Shown here in pieces: positions 29,713-39,110 of a stretch of DNA of 64,000 nucleotides. Origin of the DNA: Thecamonas trahens ATCC 50062 (taxonomy: Eukaryota; Protista; Apusomonadida); NCBI RefSeq assembly GCF_000142905.1, contig NW_013657615.1, forward strand, positions 62,001 through 126,000. Direction: 5' to 3'. The notes beneath the pieces were generated by a model that ran no database searches, was not told where the DNA came from, and saw nothing but the letters and a program-made list of their open reading frames with translations. Each line of letters opens with the position of its first letter. Within the stretch, counting starts at the first letter, position 1. The translations under genes were made by a program, and so were the position numbers.

Positions 29713-29930
29713 GCCTGTGCGTCTCCCTCGGCCAGCGGCTACTCTTCCCTTTCGGCTGGGTGGGTGGCTTCAAAGACACGTGCTGAGCCGTCGAGGTCGT
29801 CGAGGAGTGGCGGGCCGGCGGGTGAGTGACGGACCGCTGGACAGAGCAGTCATTTAACTGTGTGTGTGTGAGTGAGAGAGAGAGAGGGGGGGGAAGGGAA
29901 GAGATGTTGGAACGGAGATGATGTGATCGG

Positions 29931-32330
29931 TTACGAGCCGCACATGACGCAGTCGTCGCGGTTGTCGATGGAGCAGACCATCTCAGCCTTGCGCTGCTCG
30001 ACAACCTCCTCGATCTGGGCCTTGGACATTTCGGCGACCTTGGTCTTGTCGACGGTAAACTGGATGGCGTCGGCGGCACCCTTGGTGCGAAGGTAGTACA
30101 TGCCGGTCTTGAGGCCCTTCTCCCAGGTGTAAAAGTGCATCGAGGAGAGCTTGCCGAACGAAGGCTGGGCAAGGAAGGCAGAGAACGACTGCGACTGGTC
30201 GATGAACGGCCCGCGGCCGGCGGCGAGGTCGACGAGCGCGCGCTGCTTGATCTCCCACACGGTCTTGTAGAGGGCCTTGACGTCGTCGGGGATGGCGTCG
30301 ATGTTCTGGACCGAACCGCCGTGGGCGATGAGCAGGTTCTTGACGTCGTCGGACCAGATGCCGCGCTCGACGAGCTCGCGCAGGAGGTACTTGTTGACGA
30401 CCATAAACTCACCCGAGAGCGTGCGGCGCATGTACATGTTCGACGAGATCGGCTCAAAGCACTCGGTGTTGCCAAGAATCTGCGAGGTCGAGGCCGTGGG
30501 CATGGGCGCGACAAGGAGCGAGTTGCGGAGGCCGGTGGCCTGGATGCGGGCCTTGAGGGCGGTCCAGTTGTAGCGCTCGTCGGTCACCTCTGCGTCCCAC
30601 AGATCAAACTGGAGGAGTCCCTTGGAGGCCGGTGAGCCCTCAAAGGTCTCGTACGCGCCGTTCTTCTCGGCGAGCTCGGCCGAGGCCTCGCAGGCGGCGT
30701 AGTAGATGGTCTCAAAGATGTCGCGGTTGAGAGCGGCGGCCTCGGGCGAGTCAAAGGGGAAGCGCATGAGGGCAAAGGTATCGGCAAGGCCCTGGACGCC
30801 GAGGCCGATGGGCCGGTGGCGGAAGTTCGAGTTGCGAGCCTCGGGCACGGGATAGTAGTTGAGGTCGATGATCTTGTTGAGGTTGCGGGTGGCGACCTTG
30901 ACGACTGACGCGAGCTTGTCAAAGTCGTACGAGCCAGTGGCCGTGTCGACAAACTTGTTGAGCGCAATCGAGGCGAGGTTGCAGACGGCGACCTCGTCTG
31001 CCGACGTCACCTGCATGATCTCGGTACAGAGGTTAGAGGAGCGGATGACCCGGCCCGAGTGGACCTGGTTCGACTTGGCGTTGATCGAGTCCTTGTACAG
31101 GATGTACGGCGAGCCGGTCTCGACCTGCGTCTCGAGAATGGCAAACCAGAGCTTCTGGGCAGGGACCTGCTGGGTGAAGCGGCCCTCGGCCTCGTACTGC
31201 TCGTACAGGGCCTTGAATTCGTCACCGTAGACGTCCGAGAGGCCCGGGCAGAGGTGCGGGCACATCAGCGACCACACGCCGCCAGACTTGACCCGCTCCA
31301 TGAAGAGGTCCGGAACCCAGAGGGCGTAGAACAGGTCGCGCGCGCGCTGCTCCTCGGCGCCGTGGTTGAGCTTGAGGGCAAGGAAATCAAAGACATCGGC
31401 ATGCCACGGCTCGAGGTAGACGGCAAAGGCACCCTTGCGACGGCCACCGCCCTGGTCGACGTACCGCGCCGTGTCGTTGAAGACCCGGAGCATGGGAACA
31501 ATGCCGTTCGACGTCCCGTTGGTGCCGGCAATGTACGTCCCGGTCGCACGGATGTTGTGGATCGAGAGGCCGATGCCGCCCGCAGACTTGGAGATGAGCG
31601 CACAGGTCTTGAGCGTGTCGTAGATGCCCGTGATCGAGTCGGCCTTCATCTCGACGAGGAAGCACGACGAGCACTGCGGCTTGGGCGTGCCGGCGTTGAA
31701 GAGGGTCGGCGAGGCGTGGATCATGTACTTTTGCGAGAGCAGGTCGTACGTCTCCAGCGCAGCCTCGATGTCATCCTTATGGATGCCGACAGCAACGCGC
31801 ATCAGCATGTGCTGCGGCCGCTCGGCAATCTTGTCGTTGGTCTTGAGCAGGTACGACCGCTCGAGCGTCTTGAACCCGAAAAAGTCGTACTCAAACGACC
31901 GCTCGTACCTGACTGCCGCGTCGAGCGTCTCGGCGTTGGCCGCCACAATCTCCGCAACCTCGTCCGAGATGAGCGGGCACGGCCGCTTGGTGATCGGGTG
32001 CACGTAGCCGTGAAGGTGGGCAATGACGTCCGAGAACTTGTCCATCGTCGTCTTGTGTAGGTTCGACACCGCAATGCGGGCAGCAAGAATGGCAAAGTCC
32101 GGGTGCCGCGTCGTGTTGTACGCGCACGTCTCCGCCGCGAGCTCATCAAGCTGCGCCGTCGTCACGCCCGGGAACACGCCCTCGGCCACCTTTTGGGTGA
32201 TCTGCTCCGGAATGATGTAGTCCATGTTGAGCCCATCGCAGAGGTTGGCAATCCGCGCAGTGATCTTGTCGTACTTGACCGTCTCGTGCGTGCCATCGCG
32301 CTTGACCACGTAGAACCGCTGAGAAAGCAT
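29931..32330 (-). CDS. RRM1: Ribonucleoside-diphosphate reductase large subunit (class Ia R1)
   Basis: ATP-cone YVVKRDG; [14 protein letters not shown]; SNLCTEI; VCNLAS; [13 protein letters not shown]; [10 protein letters not shown]; C-terminal CVMCGS. Confidence 0.98.
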   Translation of the reverse strand: MLSQRFYVVKRDGTHETVKYDKITARIANLCDGLNMDYIIPEQITQKVAEGVFPGVTTAQLDELAAETCAYNTTRHPDFAILAARIAVSNLHKTTMDKFSDVIAHLHGYVHPITKRPCPLISDEVAEIVAANAETLDAAVRYERSFEYDFFGFKTLERSYLLKTNDKIAERPQHMLMRVAVGIHKDDIEAALETYDLLSQKYMIHASPTLFNAGTPKPQCSSCFLVEMKADSITGIYDTLKTCALISKSAGGIGLSIHNIRATGTYIAGTNGTSNGIVPMLRVFNDTARYVDQGGGRRKGAFAVYLEPWHADVFDFLALKLNHGAEEQRARDLFYALWVPDLFMERVKSGGVWSLMCPHLCPGLSDVYGDEFKALYEQYEAEGRFTQQVPAQKLWFAILETQVETGSPYILYKDSINAKSNQVHSGRVIRSSNLCTEIMQVTSADEVAVCNLASIALNKFVDTATGSYDFDKLASVVKVATRNLNKIIDLNYYPVPEARNSNFRHRPIGLGVQGLADTFALMRFPFDSPEAAALNRDIFETIYYAACEASAELAEKNGAYETFEGSPASKGLLQFDLWDAEVTDERYNWTALKARIQATGLRNSLLVAPMPTASTSQILGNTECFEPISSNMYMRRTLSGEFMVVNKYLLRELVERGIWSDDVKNLLIAHGGSVQNIDAIPDDVKALYKTVWEIKQRALVDLAAGRGPFIDQSQSFSAFLAQPSFGKLSSMHFYTWEKGLKTGMYYLRTKGAADAIQFTVDKTKVAEMSKAQIEEVVEQRKAEMVCSIDNRDDCVMCGS

Positions 32331-33290
32331 AGTCTGAGTGAGTTGTGCGTGTGCTTATGGGGGGGGGGGGGGGGGGGGGGTGTTAAGGTGGACGAGAGGG
32401 GCGAGAAAAAAAAAGTCGTCATGCCCAACATTGGATGGCGCTCACATTGGATAGCGTCCACAATTCTACCGACGGCGCATGCCACCACCACAAGCCCGCG
32501 GGCCAGCGGGCCAGCCCCGGTTATGGGGCTAACACTGGGCCTAGCGTGGACAAGGAGACACTCCGGGGTCACAAACTGGCATGGTTGCAAGAACACAATA
32601 TGGAGTATGATGTAGGGATGGTGGGTGGTGGTGGGATGGCCCCATCATGGGTGGGCGGGTGGTGGAGGGTGGGTAGAATCCATGGGCCAAAAAGGGTCGT
32701 ATTCCCTGTCCTCCACCACCGTCTCCCGCACACCTTGTATGGACTCGCCCAGCGCATCAAAGCAAGGTAGGAAGCTCAAAACACCAGGGGAGGTGCATGA
32801 CATTGGTGGCTATGAGGGAAGGCTACTCGTTGCTGACTTACCTCCGACATTCTGGATAACTTCGAAGAGGCGTGTGGCTCAGTCTCACGGTCTCCACCTG
32901 CCGGTGCCTGCGCGTGCTCCACTGACCGACCCAACCAACTCGACAAACTCGGCCAACCGACTCGACCGACCGACTTGACCGACCTGCACGATTACGTGCC
33001 TGGTGTTGATCCAGGACCAAAGTGTGTGACCAACACGAGAAAGTCGCCCATACGCATCAGTATGATCCCAAGCTCCCAGTAGATGATGCCCATATCCACC
33101 ATTTCCCTCCAATCCGATCACATCAGCCTCATCTCCATCCGGTCCAGTCCCGCCAAAGTCAACCCACGCCCCCCCCGCCAACACCCCCCCACCCCCTCCC
33201 CTCGTTCAGCGGACAACCACCCACCGTACGTACACTACACCCACTCCCTTCAGCCACCACAAGTCACACTCTCTGCACGTCACCTTCTGC

Positions 33291-33293
<3 letters not shown>

Positions 33294-33351
<58 letters not shown>

Positions 33352-33420
33352 TGTGTGCCTCTGCCTCTGCCTCTGCCTCTGCCTCTGCCTCTGCCTCTGC
33401 CTCTGCCTCTGCCTCTGCCT
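33294..33420. repeat. Compound microsatellite (GT)n followed by (GCCTCT)n
   Basis: Read directly, just upstream of the RasGEF ATG. Confidence 0.95.
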
Positions 33421-33492
33421 CAGCGTCTGTGTGCAGCCCCCCCCCCTACCTGTGTGATCTGTGCAAGTTGACGACGACGGCAACGTTGGAGT

Positions 33493-36400
33493 ATGGCGGA
33501 ATCTGGATGGAGTGGACTCGCTGGACATGCATCGCCCGCTGTTCATGCGTATCTGGCGGGAGACAGTGGTCTGCGTGCTGAGAGCGTACCGAGCGATCAT
33601 CACCATGATCATCACCATGGTCATCACCAACTCCCTGCTGCTGATCGCCAGCATCATCGCACCGACGAGTACGGTGGAGGTTACTCGGCATATGGCGTGT
33701 GGGACTCGTTTGTGACGCCAACCCGGAGGCAGGAGCACAGAGCTGTCGGGTGGGGCGGGCGGCATTCGCCGTTTGCTGGCCTCGACCTGCGCCCGCATCC
33801 GCGCTCGGAGGCCCCCTCTAGAGTCGTAGCAAGAGATCGTGCAAGGTTCAGCCACTCGCGTGGCCGTAGCGAGCATGTGGACGATGAGCCGCGCTTCCCG
33901 TTTTCCCGCGGCTCACTGTTCGAGGCTGCGTCACAGGGGAGACTTGGCCCGCGCCCGGTCTCACCGGCGCACAACGACAATGACCTGGACGACATAACCA
34001 TTGGCTCGTCGCTCCCGTCGTCACCGTTTGCCCGCTCACCAAGAGAAGGATCACCCCGGCGACAGGGTCGGCACGAGAGTGGCGCGAGCAGCAGCGGCGG
34101 CGACAACGACGACGATGAGACCTCGGGCTGCGCCGCGTTGATGCGGGCGCGGGCGCGGCCGGCAACAGTACAAGCCGGGTACGCGTCGCGGCGGGCACAG
34201 TGGCGCGAGCCGTCGGACTCACGGTCCGGCGGAGGATCCGGGCGATCGGAGGGCGGCTCCGAGAGCGACGGCATTCCGTTGGTGTGGCGCCGGAGCGAGG
34301 GCGGCGACATGGCGGTGGTGGCTCTGGACACTGATGACGTCCGGGGAGGTGGGTCACGGCCGGGATCGGCGGCGGCTACGCCGCGGCCTGGAACTTCGGC
34401 GGCGGCAGCCGGCGATGGGACTAGCAGGGCGTCCACTGCGGCGGAGGCGGGATCGGCGCGAGCCTCGCCGAGCTCCGGCGGGCTCCGACGCATGGCGTCG
34501 CACCGTTCGATTGTACTCGGCGCGTCGTGGCGGCGAGTGGTCGACCAGGCATTGGCGATGGCGGCCGAGTCGGACGACGCCTCGGGCGTTCTTGTCCCGC
34601 TCGTCACCGGGTGGCGGGGACGGATGGACAAGGGCGTCACTTCGCTTGTTCTCTCGCCGGTCTTTGTTGCTGCGCTCACGCTTGCGCTCCTCTTATCAGT
34701 TGTCGTCGATGACATACTGATGGCAGCGGCGCTGCCGTTGTCGCCGCACCAGGCCGCCTTGGGGGTCCTTGCTGGACTGGTTCATCTGGTGGCGGCTGGC
34801 CTGCTTGCCGGACAGATTTTGGTCTCGGCACGGGTCGGAAAGGCGCGGTACTTGCGATCGGTGGTGTTTGCGACCGAACTGGCATCGCTGGTCTCGTTTG
34901 TCTTTCCCATCATCTCACTCGGTGCTGGACAGCCGGCCGAATGGCTCCTGTTTGGCCGGCTAGAGCCAAACGCGCGAATGGCGGCGTGGCAGGCATGCCA
35001 CGGCGTTGTGATTGCGACGCGGTGCCTCGGGTTTGGGCGGGCGATGGTGTGGGTGGGCATGGCAGCGGCGACGCGGTTCCGCGGCTCTGTGCACGGCGTT
35101 GCTCGGTTTGCGCATGTGTCCGTGTACGGAGTGCTCGGCGCGGCAGTGGCGACATGGGTGTGTGTGGCCGTGCTCGTGGCGGCACCTCCGCTCGCACCGC
35201 ACCTGCACGCGGCGATGTACTCGGTGGAGGCAGCGACGAATGCGACGACGCTGCACCCATTGACGCCGCCGGCGTGGGTGGCGCCGTTTGTGGCCGCGTA
35301 CGGCGGCGGAAGCGGGGATCCGGAGCTTGTTGCGCTGAAGGTGCTGGGCCAGCGAATGCGGATTGCGAGCAGCGGCGCGACGACCAAGTTCCAGCCGATG
35401 TATGTGGTGCACGCGATGACGGCGTCAGGAACGCATGCGGTGCTGGATGTGTCGGCACACGCGGCGACTGTCGGCGGGCTGGCTCTGGTCCGGACGCTCT
35501 GCCTCGTGGCGGTCCTGTTTGCCAGCGCAGTGGGCGTGAGCACAGCAGTGACGCACCAGCTCGGGCTGTGGATTGCGCGGACACTTGTGCTTGTAGGCTC
35601 GCTCTGCGACTCGGTCTCGTCCGAAAGCGGGCGACATGTTGGTGTCGGCGATGGCGGTGGCGATGCGAGCGCGAGAGAGGCAAAGAATGGCGGGCACGCT
35701 GTGAGCTTTGCGCAGCAGATGGATGTGTCGCTGGCGAGCCTTGCGCCAGAGCCGGTGAACCGAAGCGGCTCCGAGGCGGTGATGCGGACGCGTTATCTGG
35801 AACTCCGCGTGGCTCAGCTGGAACGCAACGTGCTCGAGGCGCTTCCAGAGATTGAGGTGGAGGTGTCACAGATGAGCACGTCGTCGTCGTCGTCGTACGA
35901 CTCGTACTCGTCCGAGTACGGGGCGCGGTGGGCTGCGGCGCTCGGGCGGCGCTCGTCGTCGTGCTCTGTGGCCGGCTGGGAGGAGCTCTCGCGCGGAACG
36001 TCGTCAGACTCGAGTGCGACCATCTCATCGCTCGGGCTTACGCCGTCGTGGTCGACAACAGCGTCGTCGGACTCTGAGCAGGCTATCTACCGCGAGCAAG
36101 TGCGCGGGATGCGTGCGCGGAAGAAGAAGCAGCTTGCACGGCAGGCCCTGGCGCGAAAGAGGAAGCGGCGGCGGCGGCGTGCAGCAGCGCGGGTGCGGCG
36201 GATCCAGGAGCACGCAGTGCTCGGCGGCGGATCGTACGAGGCGGTCCACATCGAGTTTGACGCTGTGGAGCGGTTGTTCCGCACGCGGATCGACGGGCGG
36301 TTTGGGTACGAAGGTGGAATCCTTGTGGCTGCGCCTGTGTACGGGCTGCTTGAGAAGCTTATGCACCCGCCGTCGTGGGAGGCGCGGTTCCAAACAATGA

Positions 36401-37560
36401 TTGTGGTGACGCATGTGATGTTCATGTCGTCGCGCGACCTGCTGGAGGCGCTGGTGCTCCGGTTCTGCGCGCCGCACCCCAAGGCGCTTGTGCGGCGGGT
36501 GGAGGGCCGGAGCGAGACTACAACAAGCTGGAGCGCGGACGACGAGCGTGAGTTTGAAGTGCAGGTGGCACGGCCTGTCCGCGAGCTCATCGTGTCTGTG
36601 GTGGCCGAATGGGCTGCGCGGCGGCCGGGCGACTTTGGGCAAGCGTCGGTGACGCGGCGGATGCTCGACGAGTTTGTAGGCCGGCTCTGTCCGGCGGTCG
36701 GCCTCTCGTCGGGGAGCAAGACGGTGCTGGAGGCACTGGGTAAGGCGGCGAGCATTGCGCATGCGCGGCCGTCGCCCGGCAGCGCGCCTGTACCGCGACT
36801 TGTGGGCGGGCCGATGTCACTGGTGACGGTGGACGCAACCGAGGTTGCACGGCAGCTGACGCTTGTCGAGTCGCACTTGTACCGGAGAGTGACAGCGGAG
36901 CAGCTTGTGGGGTTGGGGTGGACCAAAGCGGACAAGGACCGGCGGTCGCCGGACGTCATGCGCGTGTTTGACCACTTCAATCGGGTAGGCGCGTGGGTGC
37001 AGGCATCGATCCTGGAGCCTGTACGGGCGTCGGGCCGGGCGGAGCGTGTGGAGAAGTTTATCGCCATTGCGCGCGAGCTGCGCGAGCTGAACAACCTCAA
37101 CGGTGTGCTTGAGATTTACGGCGGGCTTACGTCGCACGCGGTGAAGCGGCTGAGCCACACGTGGAAGAAGGTCTCTCCGGAGGCACTGGCCGAGCTGGAG
37201 TCGATGCGCGAGCTCGGTTCTGCCAAGGCATCGCACAAGGCTTACCGCGAGGCGCTGGCACGCTGCGGAGGACAGGCGTGCGTCCCATTCCTGGGCGTCT
37301 TTCTTCGCGATCTTGTACTTGTGCACGAGGGCAACGAGACGATGGTGGACGGCAACGCCGAGTCCGGAGGGATGGTGCAGGTCAATGTGCGCAAGTGCGC
37401 GATGACGTCCGAGACTGTTCTCTCGATTCTAGGATGGCAGGAGTATCTGTATCCGTTTGTGGCGGTGCCCGAAGTGCGGCGGCTGTGGGAGGACTCGACG
37501 CTGATGACCGAGGACGAGCTGTTCGCGTTGTCGCTCTGTGTCGAGCCGCGGTTGTCTTGA
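33493..37560 (+). CDS. Multi-pass membrane RasGEF (REM + CDC25 domains) with voltage-sensor-like TM module
   Basis: About 6 hydrophobic helices at 34650-35610. REM: GILVAAPVYGLLEKL..THVMFMSSRDLLEAL..VVAEWAARRPGDF. CDC25: EVARQLTLVE..FNRVGAWVQASIL..LNNLNGVLEIYGGL..RLSHTW..CVPFLGVFLRDLVLVHEGN..SLCVEPR. Confidence 0.9.
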   Translation: MAESGWSGLAGHASPAVHAYLAGDSGLRAESVPSDHHHDHHHGHHQLPAADRQHHRTDEYGGGYSAYGVWDSFVTPTRRQEHRAVGWGGRHSPFAGLDLRPHPRSEAPSRVVARDRARFSHSRGRSEHVDDEPRFPFSRGSLFEAASQGRLGPRPVSPAHNDNDLDDITIGSSLPSSPFARSPREGSPRRQGRHESGASSSGGDNDDDETSGCAALMRARARPATVQAGYASRRAQWREPSDSRSGGGSGRSEGGSESDGIPLVWRRSEGGDMAVVALDTDDVRGGGSRPGSAAATPRPGTSAAAAGDGTSRASTAAEAGSARASPSSGGLRRMASHRSIVLGASWRRVVDQALAMAAESDDASGVLVPLVTGWRGRMDKGVTSLVLSPVFVAALTLALLLSVVVDDILMAAALPLSPHQAALGVLAGLVHLVAAGLLAGQILVSARVGKARYLRSVVFATELASLVSFVFPIISLGAGQPAEWLLFGRLEPNARMAAWQACHGVVIATRCLGFGRAMVWVGMAAATRFRGSVHGVARFAHVSVYGVLGAAVATWVCVAVLVAAPPLAPHLHAAMYSVEAATNATTLHPLTPPAWVAPFVAAYGGGSGDPELVALKVLGQRMRIASSGATTKFQPMYVVHAMTASGTHAVLDVSAHAATVGGLALVRTLCLVAVLFASAVGVSTAVTHQLGLWIARTLVLVGSLCDSVSSESGRHVGVGDGGGDASAREAKNGGHAVSFAQQMDVSLASLAPEPVNRSGSEAVMRTRYLELRVAQLERNVLEALPEIEVEVSQMSTSSSSSYDSYSSEYGARWAAALGRRSSSCSVAGWEELSRGTSSDSSATISSLGLTPSWSTTASSDSEQAIYREQVRGMRARKKKQLARQALARKRKRRRRRAAARVRRIQEHAVLGGGSYEAVHIEFDAVERLFRTRIDGRFGYEGGILVAAPVYGLLEKLMHPPSWEARFQTMIVVTHVMFMSSRDLLEALVLRFCAPHPKALVRRVEGRSETTTSWSADDEREFEVQVARPVRELIVSVVAEWAARRPGDFGQASVTRRMLDEFVGRLCPAVGLSSGSKTVLEALGKAASIAHARPSPGSAPVPRLVGGPMSLVTVDATEVARQLTLVESHLYRRVTAEQLVGLGWTKADKDRRSPDVMRVFDHFNRVGAWVQASILEPVRASGRAERVEKFIAIARELRELNNLNGVLEIYGGLTSHAVKRLSHTWKKVSPEALAELESMRELGSAKASHKAYREALARCGGQACVPFLGVFLRDLVLVHEGNETMVDGNAESGGMVQVNVRKCAMTSETVLSILGWQEYLYPFVAVPEVRRLWEDSTLMTEDELFALSLCVEPRLS

Positions 37561-37570
37561 CGACAGCGAA

Positions 37571-37582
37571 TTTAAGGTTAAA
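37571..37582. terminator. Candidate bidirectional 3'-end signal TTTAAGGTTAAA
   Basis: Inverted repeat (TTTAA-GG-TTAAA) filling the 22-bp gap between convergent stops; identical 12-mer at 57738-57749. Function is inferred. Confidence 0.35.
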
Positions 37583-38704
37583 CTAGCCGGTGATACCCTT
37601 GGTCCAGGGCGTGACAAAGTCATGCGAGTGGATCCACTTGTTGGCGGCGTACTTGACGCCCTCAATGACAGGAAGAGCGGCATGGCGGACCATGGGATGG
37701 GCGCGGTAGGAGCCCGGGGCGACGTTGGGCCAGACAATAAGGCGGCCCTGCTTGGGCCGAACCTTGAGGCCGAGGTCAACAAAGGCGGTCTCGCCGCCCT
37801 GGGCGACGTCGTTGAGGTAGAGGAAGGCGGTGAGAGTGCGGCCGGCACCCGGGGTGTGCCACTGTGTGTCGATGGCGTCGGTGTGCTCCTTGTAGAACTC
37901 GCCAACGTCATAGTGCAGCAGCTGGTAGTGCTCCGAGTTGACGTCGGGGACGCGGGTGATGTTGGTGAGGCGCTCAGAGACGCGCTGCAGGACGAGATCA
38001 TCGTAGCACGCGTGGGTGCACCACGCGTTGGACGAGGTGCGGACGTCCGAGACTGGGCGGACAAACTTGCCGTCCTCCATGTGGCCGGTGGTGGTGGAGC
38101 GCTCGAGCCCCATGTCGTGCGCCCACTTGATAAAGACGGCGCACTCATCGGGAGTGACAAAGCCGTCGATCTGAAAGATGATGGGGTCCTCGGAGAGAAC
38201 GGCAAAGCGTGAGCCATAGGCCTTGCGGACGGGCGAGTCCGGCGCAATGACATCGCGGAGCATGGCGTGGACATCAAAGATAGGCTCGCCGTCCTCGAGC
38301 ATGTAGTAAGGCTTGGAGCGCTTCCAGCCGGTCTCCTCGTTGTACGCCTGCGCCGCCAGCCAGTTTGCCCGCACATCCCGCTGGCGCGCAGCCCGAGCGG
38401 CAGCATCGTCCGGCGAGACCGACATGCCGCCGGTGAGCACGAGATCAAACGGCCGCTTGCCGTCAAACATATTGTTGTAGTGCCGCGGAGGCGCCATGCC
38501 CGCAGCCGTGTCACTCGATGAGAGCTGCGGCCAGAGGAGAAGAGCCGCGGCGAGGACGACCACGGCAGCTGCCACCAGCCACGGCGAGAGTGACGAGGTC
38601 GGCGGGGCGGGCGAGGAGGACGACTTGGTCCAAGCAGTCTTGCGCGAGGAAGTGCCCGAGGGCGACTTGGATGCCTTGGAACGAACCTTCTTCTTCTTGG
38701 CCAT
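37583..38704 (-). CDS. Prolyl 4-hydroxylase (2OG-Fe(II) oxygenase), type II membrane, plant/algal P4H-like
   Basis: Basic N-tail plus TM WLVAAAVVVLAAALLLW; LSEDPIIFQIDGFVTPDEC; VRTSS; QLLHY..FYKEHTD (HxD); FLYLNDVAQGGETAF; RHAALPVIEGVKYAANKW. Confidence 0.9.
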   Translation of the reverse strand: MAKKKKVRSKASKSPSGTSSRKTAWTKSSSSPAPPTSSLSPWLVAAAVVVLAAALLLWPQLSSSDTAAGMAPPRHYNNMFDGKRPFDLVLTGGMSVSPDDAAARAARQRDVRANWLAAQAYNEETGWKRSKPYYMLEDGEPIFDVHAMLRDVIAPDSPVRKAYGSRFAVLSEDPIIFQIDGFVTPDECAVFIKWAHDMGLERSTTTGHMEDGKFVRPVSDVRTSSNAWCTHACYDDLVLQRVSERLTNITRVPDVNSEHYQLLHYDVGEFYKEHTDAIDTQWHTPGAGRTLTAFLYLNDVAQGGETAFVDLGLKVRPKQGRLIVWPNVAPGSYRAHPMVRHAALPVIEGVKYAANKWIHSHDFVTPWTKGITG

Positions 38705-39110
38705 GGTGAGAGTGGGTGGGCCGAGGGTGTGAGTGAGGTGCCGTGGTCGGTGTCGGTGTCGGTGGTGGTGGGTGGGCACGGCGGTAGTGGCGTTGGAGTG
38801 GGTCAGGTTCGGTTGGAGAGGGGGTGGGGGGTGGGGGGGTGAGGTTAAAAAAATGTCCAGCTCGAGTTCCAGCGAGTCTGGATCGAACTCGTCTGCAAAC
38901 TAAAGCACTGCAATGACGCGAGGGAGCAGCCGATGGGCGGCGGCGAGACATCCACTGATTGGTTTAGGTAGCGTGTGTTGGCCGTTTACAAGAGTATTGG
39001 CGTGATCGTGTGTGTGGGCGGGTGGTCGATCGGTGGGTCGGTCGGTCGGTCGGGCCGCGGCAGGCACAGGGGGCGACGGCGGCCACCCTTCTCTCTGGCG
39101 ACGAGGGACC

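Noticed and set aside
33461-33715. Overlapping hydrophobic 84-aa ORF at the RasGEF start
   Set aside because: Non-ATG start; the hydrophobicity derives from the CATCAC repeat read in another frame.
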